Part shown: positions 28,788 to 39,616 of the stretch, in pieces
Numbering within the stretch: the first letter of the stretch is position 1
Layout: each line of letters opens with the position of its first letter
Assembly (NCBI GenBank): GCA_009886115.1
Contig: VFJJ01000049.1
Location: 1-54,831 of the forward strand
Direction: 5' to 3'
DNA: 54,831 nucleotides
DNA from: Actinomycetota bacterium
Lineage (GTDB): Bacteria > Actinomycetota > Acidimicrobiia > IMCC26256 > VFJJ01
Position numbers and translations under genes: made by a program
The notes under the pieces: generated by a model
The model's database searches: none
What the model was told of the DNA's origin: nothing
Seen by the model: only the letters and a program-made list of their open reading frames with translations

Positions 28788-29900
28788 TCACGACGCGGCC
28801 TCGACCCACGAAGCCTCGAAGTCGGCTCGCGGCCCGCCCCATACGGCATCGAACGCCTCGGCCTCCGATGCGCCTTCACCGATGACCTCGAGCAGCCGCA
28901 GCGGAGCGTCGCTCCCCCGCCGCTCGGCCAGGAACGCGATCGCCGAGCTGGCGCGTCCGTACGCCGACTGCACCACGTCGACGCTCGCCGAGAGGAACTC
29001 GTCATCGGACGGCAACGACGTGGGCCCGGGCGACGGGCTGGGCCCGGGCGGAGGTCGGTCGTGGGCGTACCACTCGGCCAGCCCTTCGAGCAGCCACACC
29101 GGGGGGGCATCGCCGGCCACACCGAAACCGACGACATGAACCAGCTCATGGGCAAGGGTGATGGTCTGGTCGGCCACCGGGAGCCCAGCGACGACGGCGT
29201 CGTTCACGACGATCAACGGCACGGGCCCCGTGACCGTGAAGGCGTTGAAGCGCGAGAGGTCGCCGTCGACCTGCAGGATGGCCGCCAGGTGGGCCTCGAC
29301 CGGGGTGGCCATCACCAGCGCCCGTTCGGGAAGATGGGGGCCGAGCCCCGCGGCGACCAGCGAGGCCTGCGCGCCGGCAACGATCGAGCTGAGCTCGGAC
29401 GGGCGCCCGGTGACGACCGCACCGTCGGTGGCGACGATGACCGTCGAGGCATCCGACTCCACGACAGCGAGCGGGCCGTAGTCCCAGAGTTGGGTGGCTG
29501 CGCCCGGCGCCTGCCCGCTCACGTAGCGGCTCCCGTCGCGCACGATCGTCTCGTAGCGCAGGGAATCGAAGACGACGGGCGTGTCGGCCGGGAACCCGTC
29601 GAGCCGCCAGCGCACGCCGTCGTGAGAGACCGCGTAGACGGCGAAGGGAACGCTCGACAATCCGGCGAACAGCCGCTCCTGGGCTTGCCGGAACGGGGCG
29701 GGCGCCTCGGGGTCGACGGTGGCCATGAACGCGACGTGATCCGACGCCATCACGGCGGCCGACCGTCGAGCCCACAGCGCGCCGACGGGTTCGGGACCCG
29801 CCGGGCCGGAAGCACACGAGGCGGCGACCAGAACCATCGCCACGGTTATCGCCACAGCAATCGCCCTCTTGGCCAAGACGCGCGTGGCGATCCGCCCCAC
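28788..29900 (-). CDS. Putative lipoprotein zinc metallopeptidase (gluzincin/MA clan)
   Basis: Lipobox-like AASC, LAHELVH and PVWLLEGLAEW; start approximate. Confidence 0.65.
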   Translation of the reverse strand: MGRIATRVLAKRAIAVAITVAMVLVAASCASGPAGPEPVGALWARRSAAVMASDHVAFMATVDPEAPAPFRQAQERLFAGLSSVPFAVYAVSHDGVRWRLDGFPADTPVVFDSLRYETIVRDGSRYVSGQAPGAATQLWDYGPLAVVESDASTVIVATDGAVVTGRPSELSSIVAGAQASLVAAGLGPHLPERALVMATPVEAHLAAILQVDGDLSRFNAFTVTGPVPLIVVNDAVVAGLPVADQTITLAHELVHVVGFGVAGDAPPVWLLEGLAEWYAHDRPPPGPSPSPGPTSLPSDDEFLSASVDVVQSAYGRASSAIAFLAERRGSDAPLRLLEVIGEGASEAEAFDAVWGGPRADFEASWVEAAS

Positions 29901-29911
29901 GAGACGCCGGC

Positions 29912-31117
29912 TCAGGTGCGATGTCCGGCGAGTGTGATCGGCCGCACCAAGTCGACCCCAACCAGTGCGGCCATGCGACGAAGCTCGTCGGGAGCGTCCC
30001 GACGATCGCCGCCCGACAACACCACCGACGCGAGATCGTCCAATGCCGACAAGGCACTCGGGGCGTCGAGGTCGTCGTCGAGCGCGGCCTCGACCCGGGC
30101 CACGTACGGTCGGGGATCGCCGCCGGTCGCGCACCCCGCAGCGGCGAGCAACCGCCGCAGCAGCGCAGTTCCTTCGTCGATGTCGGTGTCGTACCACTCG
30201 AAGCCCGCCCGGTAGTGGTGGCGTAGCAGCGACAGCCTGATCGCCCGCGGATCGACCGTCTTGAGCAACTCGCTCACGAACACCAGGTTTCCCAACGACT
30301 TCGACATCTTGGTGCCCTCGTAGGCGACCATCGCCGAGTGCATCCAGTGGCGCACGAACGGCTGACCGGTGATGGCCTCGGTCTGGGCGATCTCGCACTC
30401 GTGGTGGGGGAAGATGAGATCGGTGCCGCCGCCGTGGAGGTCGAGGGTGGGACCGAGGGCGTCGGTGGCCATGGCCGTGCACTCGATGTGCCATCCGGGC
30501 CGACCGGGCCCGAACGGAGCGTCCCACGACGGCTCGTCGGCGGCCGAAGGCTGCCAGAGCACGAAGTCGAGTGGGTTCCGCAGGCGGGGATCGTCGGGAT
30601 GGCCGCCGCGCTCGCGAGCGAGGGCCACCATCGCATCGGTGGTGGCGTGCGAGAGGCCGCCGAAGGCCGGAAAGCGGGACACGTCGTAGTGGACGGTCGC
30701 ACCCGCGGGCCCGTCGGACACGTACGCATGGCCGCTCTCGAGCAGGGCCGACACCAGCTCGATGATGCGGGGGACGGCCTCGGTGGCGCGGGGCTCGGCC
30801 AGGGCGGGCCGCATCTCCAAGGCGTCCATGTCGGACCGGAAGCGGGCCATCTCGGCCTCGGCCAACTCGAGGTAGTGCACCCCGAGAGCGCGCGCCTTGG
30901 GCAGGATCGAGTCGTCGACATCGGTGAAGTTGCGGACCAGGCGCACCTCGTGACCCAGCGACTCCAGCCGGCGGATCAGCAGGTCGTAGGTGAGGTACGT
31001 GGCTGCGTGACCCAGGTGGGTGGAGTCGTAGGGCGTGATCCCGCACACGTACATGCGCACGACGTGAGGCGGCGCGAACTCCACCACGTCGCGGCGGGCC
31101 GTGTCGTACAGGCGCAT
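29912..31117 (-). CDS. mshC: MshC-like cysteine ligase (truncated CysRS paralogue, mycothiol pathway)
   Basis: MYVCGITPYDSTHLGHAATY, GRPGWHIEC and KMSKSLGNLV; ~400 aa with no anticodon-binding domain. Confidence 0.8.
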   Translation of the reverse strand: MRLYDTARRDVVEFAPPHVVRMYVCGITPYDSTHLGHAATYLTYDLLIRRLESLGHEVRLVRNFTDVDDSILPKARALGVHYLELAEAEMARFRSDMDALEMRPALAEPRATEAVPRIIELVSALLESGHAYVSDGPAGATVHYDVSRFPAFGGLSHATTDAMVALARERGGHPDDPRLRNPLDFVLWQPSAADEPSWDAPFGPGRPGWHIECTAMATDALGPTLDLHGGGTDLIFPHHECEIAQTEAITGQPFVRHWMHSAMVAYEGTKMSKSLGNLVFVSELLKTVDPRAIRLSLLRHHYRAGFEWYDTDIDEGTALLRRLLAAAGCATGGDPRPYVARVEAALDDDLDAPSALSALDDLASVVLSGGDRRDAPDELRRMAALVGVDLVRPITLAGHRT

Positions 31118-31196
31118 CACGTGAGCCCTCGGCGGCGACGGTGGCGGCAACGGTGCTGGGACTGCTGCTGGGACGGAATGAGGGTCGATGCGGGTT

Positions 31197-31862
31197 TCAC
31201 GGGAGCCCGACGATCTCCAGCATCGAGTGGATCTTGTGCCGCACGTTGACCGTCAGCAACACCGCAGTCAGCGCCTCGACGCCGGCGGCGTTCACGAGCG
31301 GACCGGCGCCGACCGGCCGGAGTCGCGGCATCCGCGCTGTCATCTCGCACACCGTCTCGACGGCGGCGGCGTCGTCTCCGCACACGAGGACGTCACCGTG
31401 CATGTCGACAGCGAGATCGCCGAGCTCCCGGGCCGGGAGGTGCTGGTAAGCAGCTACGACGCGGGCGCCCGGGGCGACAGCCGCCACCTGGACCGACAGC
31501 GACCCACCCTCGGGGATGATCGCGGCGAACTGCCGTCCCTGCTTCACGAGCGCGTTGGCCATCGAGACCACGACCTTGCCGGCCAACGCCTCGGCGTGCT
31601 GGCGGGCGGTGTCGACGAGACCCTCCCACTGCGTGGCCAGCACCACAATCTCGCCCTCGACCGCGGCCGTCTCGTTGGTGGCCGGCACGAGCCGGCTCAC
31701 CCGATCGCCCCAGGTGGCCCGGAGCTCGACGACGGCGGCCTCGGCCCGCTCGAGGCTTCGCGACCCTGCGATGACCTCGTAGCCCGCGTCGGCCAGCCTC
31801 GCCGCCAACGCCATCCCCGCCGGTCCTGTTGCTCCGATGATGCCGATGGCCCCTGTGCGCAC
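31197..31862 (-). CDS. npdG: NADPH-dependent F420 reductase
   Basis: IGIIGATGP.G..LA, GSR..ERA, VVSMANAL, DVLVCGDD and VEALTAVLL.VN. Confidence 0.85.
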   Translation of the reverse strand: MRTGAIGIIGATGPAGMALAARLADAGYEVIAGSRSLERAEAAVVELRATWGDRVSRLVPATNETAAVEGEIVVLATQWEGLVDTARQHAEALAGKVVVSMANALVKQGRQFAAIIPEGGSLSVQVAAVAPGARVVAAYQHLPARELGDLAVDMHGDVLVCGDDAAAVETVCEMTARMPRLRPVGAGPLVNAAGVEALTAVLLTVNVRHKIHSMLEIVGLP

Positions 31863-31918
31863 CCGTCCATCCTCGCACGCGCCGTGGATGCCCGCCGAGC
31901 CGCGCCAGCCGACTGCGC

Positions 31919-32530
31919 TCAGCCCACGAGCGAACGGATCCCCAGGCTGGCGATCGCCAGTCCGCCCACCATCGCTGTCAGCCGTTGCACCGACGGCGAC
32001 AGGACCCGGCCCAGCACGGCTCCCCCGCCAACCAGCCCGGTGTGCCACACGAGCGACACGGCAAAGACGACCAGCGCGAACACCGGCACCGTGACCGCGG
32101 TGAACTCGACGCGGATGCCGGTGGTCACGGCGAGGAACGCCACGATCGTCAGAGGGTTCACGAGGGTGAGCCCGATGAAGCCCGTCAGGAGACGGCCCGG
32201 GGATCGGGGGGAGACCTCGGCGGTCGGTTCGGGTCCTCTGGAGCCCAGGGCTCGGACCGTGCACCAGGCAGCAACCGCGATGAGCACGAGCCCGGAGCCG
32301 ACCGACACGACCCGTTCGTGCCCGTCGATCATCGACCGGGCCCGCGCCCCGCCCAGCCCGGCGACCGCGGCGTACACGAGATCGGTCAGGGCGACGCCGA
32401 GCGCGGCAGGGAAGCCCCGACGAGGGCCGAGCCGGCGCCCGGTCTCGAGCAGCAAGAGGCTGATGGGTCCGAAGGGGGTGGCGACGGCGACCCCGGCAAC
32501 GGCTCCTACGGCGACGATCGAGAGTTCCAT
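31919..32530 (-). CDS. LysE family exporter
   Basis: PFGP, ALGVALTD.Y and LTLVNP motifs; TM helices; divergent from the Lrp gene. Confidence 0.82.
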   Translation of the reverse strand: MELSIVAVGAVAGVAVATPFGPISLLLLETGRRLGPRRGFPAALGVALTDLVYAAVAGLGGARARSMIDGHERVVSVGSGLVLIAVAAWCTVRALGSRGPEPTAEVSPRSPGRLLTGFIGLTLVNPLTIVAFLAVTTGIRVEFTAVTVPVFALVVFAVSLVWHTGLVGGGAVLGRVLSPSVQRLTAMVGGLAIASLGIRSLVG

Positions 32531-32610
32531 GCCCGCAGTGTGCTGCACCGTCGACCGCATGTGGGACCATGTTCATGAGCTGGATACCCAGATGACCAGA
32601 GGGAGATACA

Positions 32611-33054
32611 GTGATCGACGATATCGACCGCACAATTCTCAGTATCGTGCAGACCGACGGCCGGATCACGATGCGCGATCTCGCTGCGGCCGTGCACCTG
32701 AGCCCCAATGCCGCCGCCGAGCGCTACCGGAAGCTGGTGACGAGCGGGATCGTCACCAAGGTTGCGGCCGTGGTGTCGCCCGTTGCGTTGGGCCGGCCGA
32801 TCCGGGCGTTCGTCGACGTCCGGCTCGCGCCGACCACACCGGCGGAGGGGTTCGAGGCGAACCTGCGTCGTCTCGACCAGATCGAGCACGCCGCACACGT
32901 GACCGGGACGTACGACCTCGTGCTCCAGGTGGCCTGTCGGGACACGGCCGACCTCGATGCGCTGCTCACCGTCCTCAAGCGCGATGCCGGAGCCCTCGAG
33001 ACCAGCACCCGGGTCATCCTGCGTGAGGTGACCGATATCGCATTGGCGCCGTGA
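32611..33054 (+). CDS. Lrp/AsnC family regulator
   Basis: IDDIDRTIL..Q.DGR....LA..V.LS HTH and VTG.YD motif. Confidence 0.92.
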   Translation: MIDDIDRTILSIVQTDGRITMRDLAAAVHLSPNAAAERYRKLVTSGIVTKVAAVVSPVALGRPIRAFVDVRLAPTTPAEGFEANLRRLDQIEHAAHVTGTYDLVLQVACRDTADLDALLTVLKRDAGALETSTRVILREVTDIALAP

Positions 33055-33132
33055 CACTGACTCGTCGCCGCTCCGTGACGCATCCGACGCAGCCGACGCA
33101 GCCGACGCAGCCGACTCCGCCGACTCCCCGGC

Positions 33133-33855
<723 letters not shown>

Positions 33856-33858
33856 GGC

Positions 33859-34818
33859 TCAGCCCTCCCCGGCGGGCTCGGCACGACCGACAGGCTCGGC
33901 ATGTTCAGCATGTTCAGCATGTTCGGCATCCCCTGGAGCGCCGGGACCCGTCGACGCGAGAAGGTCCTCGTCGTCGGAGGGCACGCCGAGGTAGGCCTCG
34001 ATCACCCGCTGGTCGGCCTGCACCGAGGCGGGTGAGCCGTCGGCGATCTTCTCGCCGAAGTCGAGGACGGCCACCCGGTCGGAGATGCCCATCACGAGCG
34101 ACATGTCGTGCTCGATCAGCAGCACCGTGTATCCGTCGTCGCGGATGCGTCCGATGAGGCTCATGAGGTCGGCCTTCTCGGCCGGGTTGAAGCCCGCAGC
34201 CGGCTCGTCGAGCAGCAGCAGCTTGGGGCGGGTGGCCATGGCCCGGGCGATCTCGAGTCGGCGTTGGTCGCCATAGGGCAGGTTCCTGGCCGTCTGGTGG
34301 GCCCGACGGGCGATGCCCATGAACTCGAGCAGCTCCATCCCCCGCTCGTGGGCCTCCCGCTCTTCGCGCCGCTGGCGGCCGAGACGCAGGATCGCTCCCC
34401 CGACGCTGGAGTGATGCTGTGCGTCGACGCCCACCATCACGTTCTCGAGCGCGCTCATCTCGCTGAACAAACGGACGTTCTGGAACGTACGGGCAATCCC
34501 GAGCTTCGTGCGCTGGTAGCGCTTGCGCTTGACGATCGAACGCCCTTCGAAGAGCACGTCGCCGCCGCTGGGGTCGTACACGCCCGTGATGACGTTGAAC
34601 ACGGTCGTCTTGCCTGCGCCGTTGGGCCCGATGAGCCCCAGGATCTCGCCGCGGTCGATGTGGAGGTCGACCTTGTTCAACGCGTGCACTCCGCCGAACC
34701 GCATCGTGAGGTGCCTCAGCTCGAGCAGGCGCTGCGACCCCGAGCCCGACTCCGGGCCCGACTCCGGGCCAGCGGACGCTACCGACGGCGAGTCGCTCAA
34801 GATCGTCGCCTCAGCCAT
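33859..34818 (-). CDS. livG: Branched-chain amino acid ABC transporter ATPase
   Basis: GPNGAGKTT, ARTFQN, LPYGDQRRLEIARA, IEHDM and EAYLG. Confidence 0.93.
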   Translation of the reverse strand: MAEATILSDSPSVASAGPESGPESGSGSQRLLELRHLTMRFGGVHALNKVDLHIDRGEILGLIGPNGAGKTTVFNVITGVYDPSGGDVLFEGRSIVKRKRYQRTKLGIARTFQNVRLFSEMSALENVMVGVDAQHHSSVGGAILRLGRQRREEREAHERGMELLEFMGIARRAHQTARNLPYGDQRRLEIARAMATRPKLLLLDEPAAGFNPAEKADLMSLIGRIRDDGYTVLLIEHDMSLVMGISDRVAVLDFGEKIADGSPASVQADQRVIEAYLGVPSDDEDLLASTGPGAPGDAEHAEHAEHAEPVGRAEPAGEG

Positions 34819-36016
34819 GGTCGCCGTCGCCCGCAGGTGACCTGGGATCGGGTGCGAACGGCTTGTCGAGCGACACGGTCCCGGGCCCGAAGACCTCCCC
34901 CAGCTCGTACCCGGCCAGCTCCTGGCTACTCGTCGAAACGTCGGCCATCTCCGGCGGTGTGACGGGATCCTCCAGCTCCGCAGCCCGCCTCCGGCTCGGG
35001 ATCAGCCCCTGCGGCCGGAAGATCATCATGACGACGAGCGCGATGCCGAAGAGCATCACCCGCTTGTCCTCGAATCCACGGAAGCGCTCCGGCAGATAGG
35101 CGATCATGGCAGCCCCGACGATCACGCCGACGAGGTTCCCCGATCCCCCGAGCACCACTGCGGCGAGGAACAGGATCGAGAGGATGAGTTGGAACGTTCC
35201 CGGGCTAGCCAGACGGTGCTGGCTCGCATAGAGCGTGCCGCCCGCGCCACCGATACCGGCACCCATCGCGAACGCCCAGAGCTTGAACGTGAACGTGGGA
35301 ACGCCCATCAGCTCGGCGGCGTCCTCGTCCTCTCGGATGGCCGTCCAGGCGCGGCCGACACGACTGCGTTCGAGCCGCCGCACGATGAAGACGATCAGCA
35401 CGACCAGCGTGAGCCCAAGCCAGTAGAACGGTCGGTCGTCGAGGACGTTGTCGAACTCCAGGCCGCCCACGTTGGGCGGGACGGGGATGTCGGAGATGCC
35501 GCGGGGCCCGCCGATGCTCTCGGTGTTGTTGGCCGTGAGGCGGATGATTTCGCCGAAACCCAGCGTAACGATGGCCAGATAGTCGCCCCGCAGGCGCAAC
35601 GTCGGCGTGCCCAGGATCGCCCCGGCTGCCATGGCCAGGGCGATGCCCGTCGGGAGCACCAGCCACCAGTTCCAGTCGTGCAGGCCACCCAGCACGGCGG
35701 TTGCGTAGGCGCCGATGGCGAAGAAGGCCACGAACCCCAGATCGAGCATCCCGGTCCGACCCACGACGATGTTGAGGCCGATGGCCATCATCACGTAGAT
35801 GAGGATCGGAAAGAACAGGACCGACTCCCATTTCGTACCCTGGGTCTCGATCAAGCCGAGCGGGATCTCCGGGAGTAGGTACAACAACGCCACCCCGACC
35901 GTCCCGATCGTGTACCGCGCCGCCCGGGGAAGGCCCGTCCACGCTCCCTGGAGAGAACTCGAAATCCCCAGCGGTCCGCGCCGCCTCAAGCGCACTGACG
36001 CCCACACGGTGCTCAT
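34811..36016 (-). CDS. livM: Branched-chain amino acid ABC transporter permease
   Basis: GLNIVVG..G.LDLG, LRLRGDYLAIVTLGFGE and AIREDEDAA. Confidence 0.92.
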   Translation of the reverse strand: MSTVWASVRLRRRGPLGISSSLQGAWTGLPRAARYTIGTVGVALLYLLPEIPLGLIETQGTKWESVLFFPILIYVMMAIGLNIVVGRTGMLDLGFVAFFAIGAYATAVLGGLHDWNWWLVLPTGIALAMAAGAILGTPTLRLRGDYLAIVTLGFGEIIRLTANNTESIGGPRGISDIPVPPNVGGLEFDNVLDDRPFYWLGLTLVVLIVFIVRRLERSRVGRAWTAIREDEDAAELMGVPTFTFKLWAFAMGAGIGGAGGTLYASQHRLASPGTFQLILSILFLAAVVLGGSGNLVGVIVGAAMIAYLPERFRGFEDKRVMLFGIALVVMMIFRPQGLIPSRRRAAELEDPVTPPEMADVSTSSQELAGYELGEVFGPGTVSLDKPFAPDPRSPAGDGDHG

Positions 36017-36999
36017 GCGCGAGCCTTTCCGAGGCTCTCACCGAGCAGACCCGTGGGCCGGAACATCAACACGGCAACCAACAGGGTGAAGGAGATGACG
36101 TCCTTCCATTGGGTGCCGAACAGCGCCGAGCCGTAGTTCTCCACGAGGCCGAGGACGAACCCTCCCAGAAGTGCCCCCCGGAGATTGCCGATCCCTCCCA
36201 GCACGGCCGCCGTGAAGGCCTTGACCCCGAGGATGAAGCCGATGTTGTACCGGGTCTGCTCGAGGAACACCATGTCGAGGAGGGCGGCACCGCCGGCCAT
36301 GAGCCCGCCGAGCAGGAACGTGAGCACGATCACCCGGTCGATGTTGACGCCCATGAGCTGCGCCGTCTCGGAGTTCTGGGCCACGGCCCGTACGCCTCGA
36401 CCCAAACGTGTCCGGCGCACGAACTGGTCAAGGGCGACCATCATGAACAACGCCGAGAGGATGATGAGCACCTGGTCGGCCCGAACGTCGTACCCGAAGA
36501 GCGTGAAGACCGTGTGGGTCTTGTCGAAGAGCCGGGGGAACTGCTCGAAGTTTCGTCCCCTCCACAAGGCGAAGGCCTCCGAGATGGCGAACGACGCCCC
36601 GATGGCCGAGATCAGCGCCGCGAGCCGGGTCGAGCCCCGTCGACGGAGTGGGCGGTAGGCGATGCGCTCGAGCACGACCGCCGAGGCTCCTGAGACCGCC
36701 ATGGCGATGACGAGGCAGAACAGCAGGACCCCGATGAGCGCAATCCCCGTCTTCTTGGGATCGCCGGGATCGAAGCCCAGCCATTGCGTGGCATAGAGCG
36801 CCCCGAAGGTCCCGATCATGAAGATCTCGGAATGGGCGAAGTTGATCAGGCGCAGCACGCCGTAGACCAGGGTGTACCCCAACGCGACGAGCGAGTAGAT
36901 CGCTCCGATGGTGGCCCCGGTGACCGTGTAGTCCCAGAAATTGTCGCGTAGCAGGCGCGCGCCCTCTGAAAGCGAAGCCAGCACCACCGTCGCGATCAC
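36013..36999 (-). CDS. livH: Branched-chain amino acid ABC transporter permease
   Basis: ALGYTLVYGVLRLINFAH, KAFTAAVLGGIG and RPTGLLG. Confidence 0.92.
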   Translation of the reverse strand: MIATVVLASLSEGARLLRDNFWDYTVTGATIGAIYSLVALGYTLVYGVLRLINFAHSEIFMIGTFGALYATQWLGFDPGDPKKTGIALIGVLLFCLVIAMAVSGASAVVLERIAYRPLRRRGSTRLAALISAIGASFAISEAFALWRGRNFEQFPRLFDKTHTVFTLFGYDVRADQVLIILSALFMMVALDQFVRRTRLGRGVRAVAQNSETAQLMGVNIDRVIVLTFLLGGLMAGGAALLDMVFLEQTRYNIGFILGVKAFTAAVLGGIGNLRGALLGGFVLGLVENYGSALFGTQWKDVISFTLLVAVLMFRPTGLLGESLGKARA

Positions 37000-37033
37000 G
37001 GTCCCCCCGAATGTACCGCTCGAGTTTCGGTGC

Positions 37034-37065
37034 GACGATGGGGGCGCCGAGGCGCCCCCATCGTC
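37034..37065. promoter_or_regulatory. Intercistronic hairpin after the substrate-binding gene (mRNA stabiliser or partial terminator)
   Basis: gacgatgggggcgcc-ga-ggcgcccccatcgtc 15-bp stem; second hairpin near 37094-37119. Confidence 0.65.
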
Positions 37066-37141
37066 ACCACATCGTGCACATCATGCACCCGGATGGGGCT
37101 CGCTCACCAGTGAGCCCCAATGCGAGCTGGACAATCAGACG

Positions 37142-38332
37142 TCAGCCGCCGATCTGGCCGGCGCCCACGAGCACGCCGCCTTCAACGACGGTGGCATAGA
37201 TCGCCGCCGGTCCGTCGAGCTCACCATTGGGCAGGAACTTGAAGGTCTTGGTGATGCCCTGGAAGCTGGCGGTGCTCAGGAAGGTGTTGATCGCCTCGCG
37301 GGTGGTGTTCCCAGCCGTGATGGCGGCGAGGATGAGGTTCGCCCCGTCGTAGCCCTCGGCCGAGTACAGACCCGGAGCCGAGCCCGAGTCGGCCAGGAAC
37401 TTGGCCCCGAAGTCGGCGCCACCGGTGTAGCCGTCGGGCGAGAAGAACGCCGCAGCGGTCAGGATCGCCCCTTCGGCGGCCTCGGCTCCGGCAGCTTCGA
37501 TGAAGCCGGGGTCGAGCGAACCGTCACCGGAGATGAAGCCTGCCGTCACGCCTCCGTCGACGAGCTGCTTGCGCAACCGGCCGGCCTCGGCGTAGTAGCC
37601 GCCGTACATGACGACGTCGACGCCAGCGTCCTTCACCTTGGTGACGGTCGCTGAGAAGTCTTGCGATGCCGGGTCGACGTGGTCGGTCACCGTGACCTCG
37701 ACGCCTGCGGCTTCGAGCTCCCCGGCGACGATCTCCGCCAGGCTCAGGCCGTACTCCGAGTTGTCGTCGATGACGGCAACCTTCGCGGCCGCCAGCTCGC
37801 CTGCGATGTGCGCGGCGATGGCCGGACCCTGCGAGTCGTCGTTGGCGATCAGACGGTGGAAGATCGTCCAACCGAGCGTCGACAGGTCGGGAGCCGATGC
37901 CGACGGCGTCACGATCGGAAGACCAGCGGCCTCGAAGATCGGGTTGGCCGTGCGCGACTCGCCCGAGAAGGCGGGGCCGACGATGGCCACGATTGCGGCC
38001 TCATCGACAGCCTGCTGGGCCAGCGCCGGTGCGTTGTCGGGGTTGCCCTGCGAGTCGAACGCCTTGTAGCCGATCTGGCACGCCGGGTTGGCGGCGTTGA
38101 ACTCGTTGATCGCCAACTCGGCGCCCCGCGACTCGTTCAGGCCGAGGTTGGCGGCGTCACCGGTCTGCGCGCCGAAGAACGCGATGGTGAGCGGGTCGGC
38201 ACAGACGACGCCGGCAGCGGCCGGGGCCGCCGTCTCATCGGTTGTCGCCACGTCATCGTCGTCGTCACCGCACGCTGCTGCGAGCAGCGCCACGGCGGCG
38301 ATCGGTACGAGCAGTCTGAACCACTTCTTCAT
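37142..38332 (-). CDS. Branched-chain amino acid ABC transporter substrate-binding lipoprotein (LivJ/K family)
   Basis: Lipobox AAAC, DSQGNP, GPAFSG, TPSAS, ANDDSQG and YGGYYAEAG. Confidence 0.9.
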   Translation of the reverse strand: MKKWFRLLVPIAAVALLAAACGDDDDDVATTDETAAPAAAGVVCADPLTIAFFGAQTGDAANLGLNESRGAELAINEFNAANPACQIGYKAFDSQGNPDNAPALAQQAVDEAAIVAIVGPAFSGESRTANPIFEAAGLPIVTPSASAPDLSTLGWTIFHRLIANDDSQGPAIAAHIAGELAAAKVAVIDDNSEYGLSLAEIVAGELEAAGVEVTVTDHVDPASQDFSATVTKVKDAGVDVVMYGGYYAEAGRLRKQLVDGGVTAGFISGDGSLDPGFIEAAGAEAAEGAILTAAAFFSPDGYTGGADFGAKFLADSGSAPGLYSAEGYDGANLILAAITAGNTTREAINTFLSTASFQGITKTFKFLPNGELDGPAAIYATVVEGGVLVGAGQIGG

Positions 38333-38498
38333 GTGTTCCCCTTGCTGTGATGGGACCCGGCGAGATCTCCGACGGTCACCCCGGTCCGCTCCGGGGTGCC
38401 ACAGGTCGATCTTCCAGGCCTGGATTACCAGATGGTAACAAACCTGAGCCTGAATGTGACGGATGCGTGTCGAAAACTCGCGTCTGCCCGGATCAGGC

Positions 38499-38789
38499 TC
38501 AGCAGTCTTCGCAGAGCTCGATTGCGACGCGGCGGAGGCGTTCAGCCAGCTCGGCGTCGCCGCGTTGGGAGACCCGGACGATGGCGATCTTGAGATCGGC
38601 GATCACCGTGGCCTCGGCGGCGCACGGCGGGCAATCGTGCACGTGCTGGCGAACGTCGGCCTCGAACTCGCTCGGGAACAGCTCCTGGTCGAGCAGGGTT
38701 TGGATGTGGGCGGCTGAGGCCCGACATCGCTCGAGGGCCCGACGTCGCCGCCACGCGGGTGAGCCGGGGACGAGCACGAGAACTCTCAC
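38499..38789 (-). CDS. Zinc-binding anti-sigma factor (zf-HC2/ZAS)
   Basis: C...LD.EL and HVHDCPPC (HxxxCxxC); overlaps the sigma stop. Confidence 0.82.
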   Translation of the reverse strand: MRVLVLVPGSPAWRRRRALERCRASAAHIQTLLDQELFPSEFEADVRQHVHDCPPCAAEATVIADLKIAIVRVSQRGDAELAERLRRVAIELCEDC

Positions 38790-39478
38790 GACCGGGGCTC
38801 CACGTCGACCATCTCATCGACGGCGATCTCCGAACGATCGAGCGCCGTGCCGGCGATGGCCGCCCGCAGCCGATTCCGGGCCCGGTGCAGACGGCTCATG
38901 ATGGTGCCCACCGGGATCTCGAGGAGGTCGGCGGCTTCCTGGTAGCGCAACCCGCCGATGTCGACGAGGTCGATGACGAGACGGAACGCGGGCGGCAGCT
39001 CGTCGAGCGCCCGTTCGAGGACCTCGTCGTAGATCGGCTCCACGAGGATGTCACCGGGGTCAGCCGATTCGGAGCCGGTACCGGGACGACGGTCGAGGTC
39101 GTCGTCCGCGCCGAGCAGGCGTTCCCGGCTGCGCTGGTCGCGGTTGATGGCCGTGTTGCGGGCGATGCGGAACAGCCAGGCCCGCGGGTAGCGGCCGTCG
39201 AACTGACCGATGCCCCGAAAAGCCTTGAGGAGCGTGTCCTGGGCGAGATCTTCGGCTTCCGCTGCACTCTTCGACATCGATCGGGCCACACGGGCCAGGA
39301 AGGCGATCTCAGGAACGATCCACTCCTCGAAACGCTGCCGCCGCTCTTCGGGCGACACCGGCGGGGCCTGCGCTCTCCGCGTCACCTCGCGATCGTCGGA
39401 TCCATCGCCATCGCCATCGCCATCGCCGACGTGGTCGGCATCGTCGACATCGGGGCTCGGTCGGTCGTCGTCAATCAT
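38786..39478 (-). CDS. ECF RNA polymerase sigma factor
   Basis: AEDLAQDT, AWLFRIARN and Y.EAA.LL.IP.GTIMSRLHRAR; start uncertain. Confidence 0.9.
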   Translation of the reverse strand: MIDDDRPSPDVDDADHVGDGDGDGDGSDDREVTRRAQAPPVSPEERRQRFEEWIVPEIAFLARVARSMSKSAAEAEDLAQDTLLKAFRGIGQFDGRYPRAWLFRIARNTAINRDQRSRERLLGADDDLDRRPGTGSESADPGDILVEPIYDEVLERALDELPPAFRLVIDLVDIGGLRYQEAADLLEIPVGTIMSRLHRARNRLRAAIAGTALDRSEIAVDEMVDVEPRS

Positions 39479-39616
39479 CAAGCACGCCAGCACGCCATCG
39501 GGAACCGGGGCGGGACGGCGCTCATTCCCCATCCCTGCAGAACACGGCCAGGAGCGTGTCCCTGGGCTCTCTACCCACAGTGTCGGCACGCGCACCCGGA
39601 ACTCTTCTGCGAGACA

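Noticed and set aside
28704..28790. T-box or attenuator upstream of thrS
   Set aside because: Only ~85 bp of intergenic DNA, with no T-box consensus or U-tailed terminator visible.
29912..31117. Call as cysS
   Set aside because: It lacks the C-terminal anticodon-binding domain, and the CGITPYD/HLGH pattern fits MshC better.
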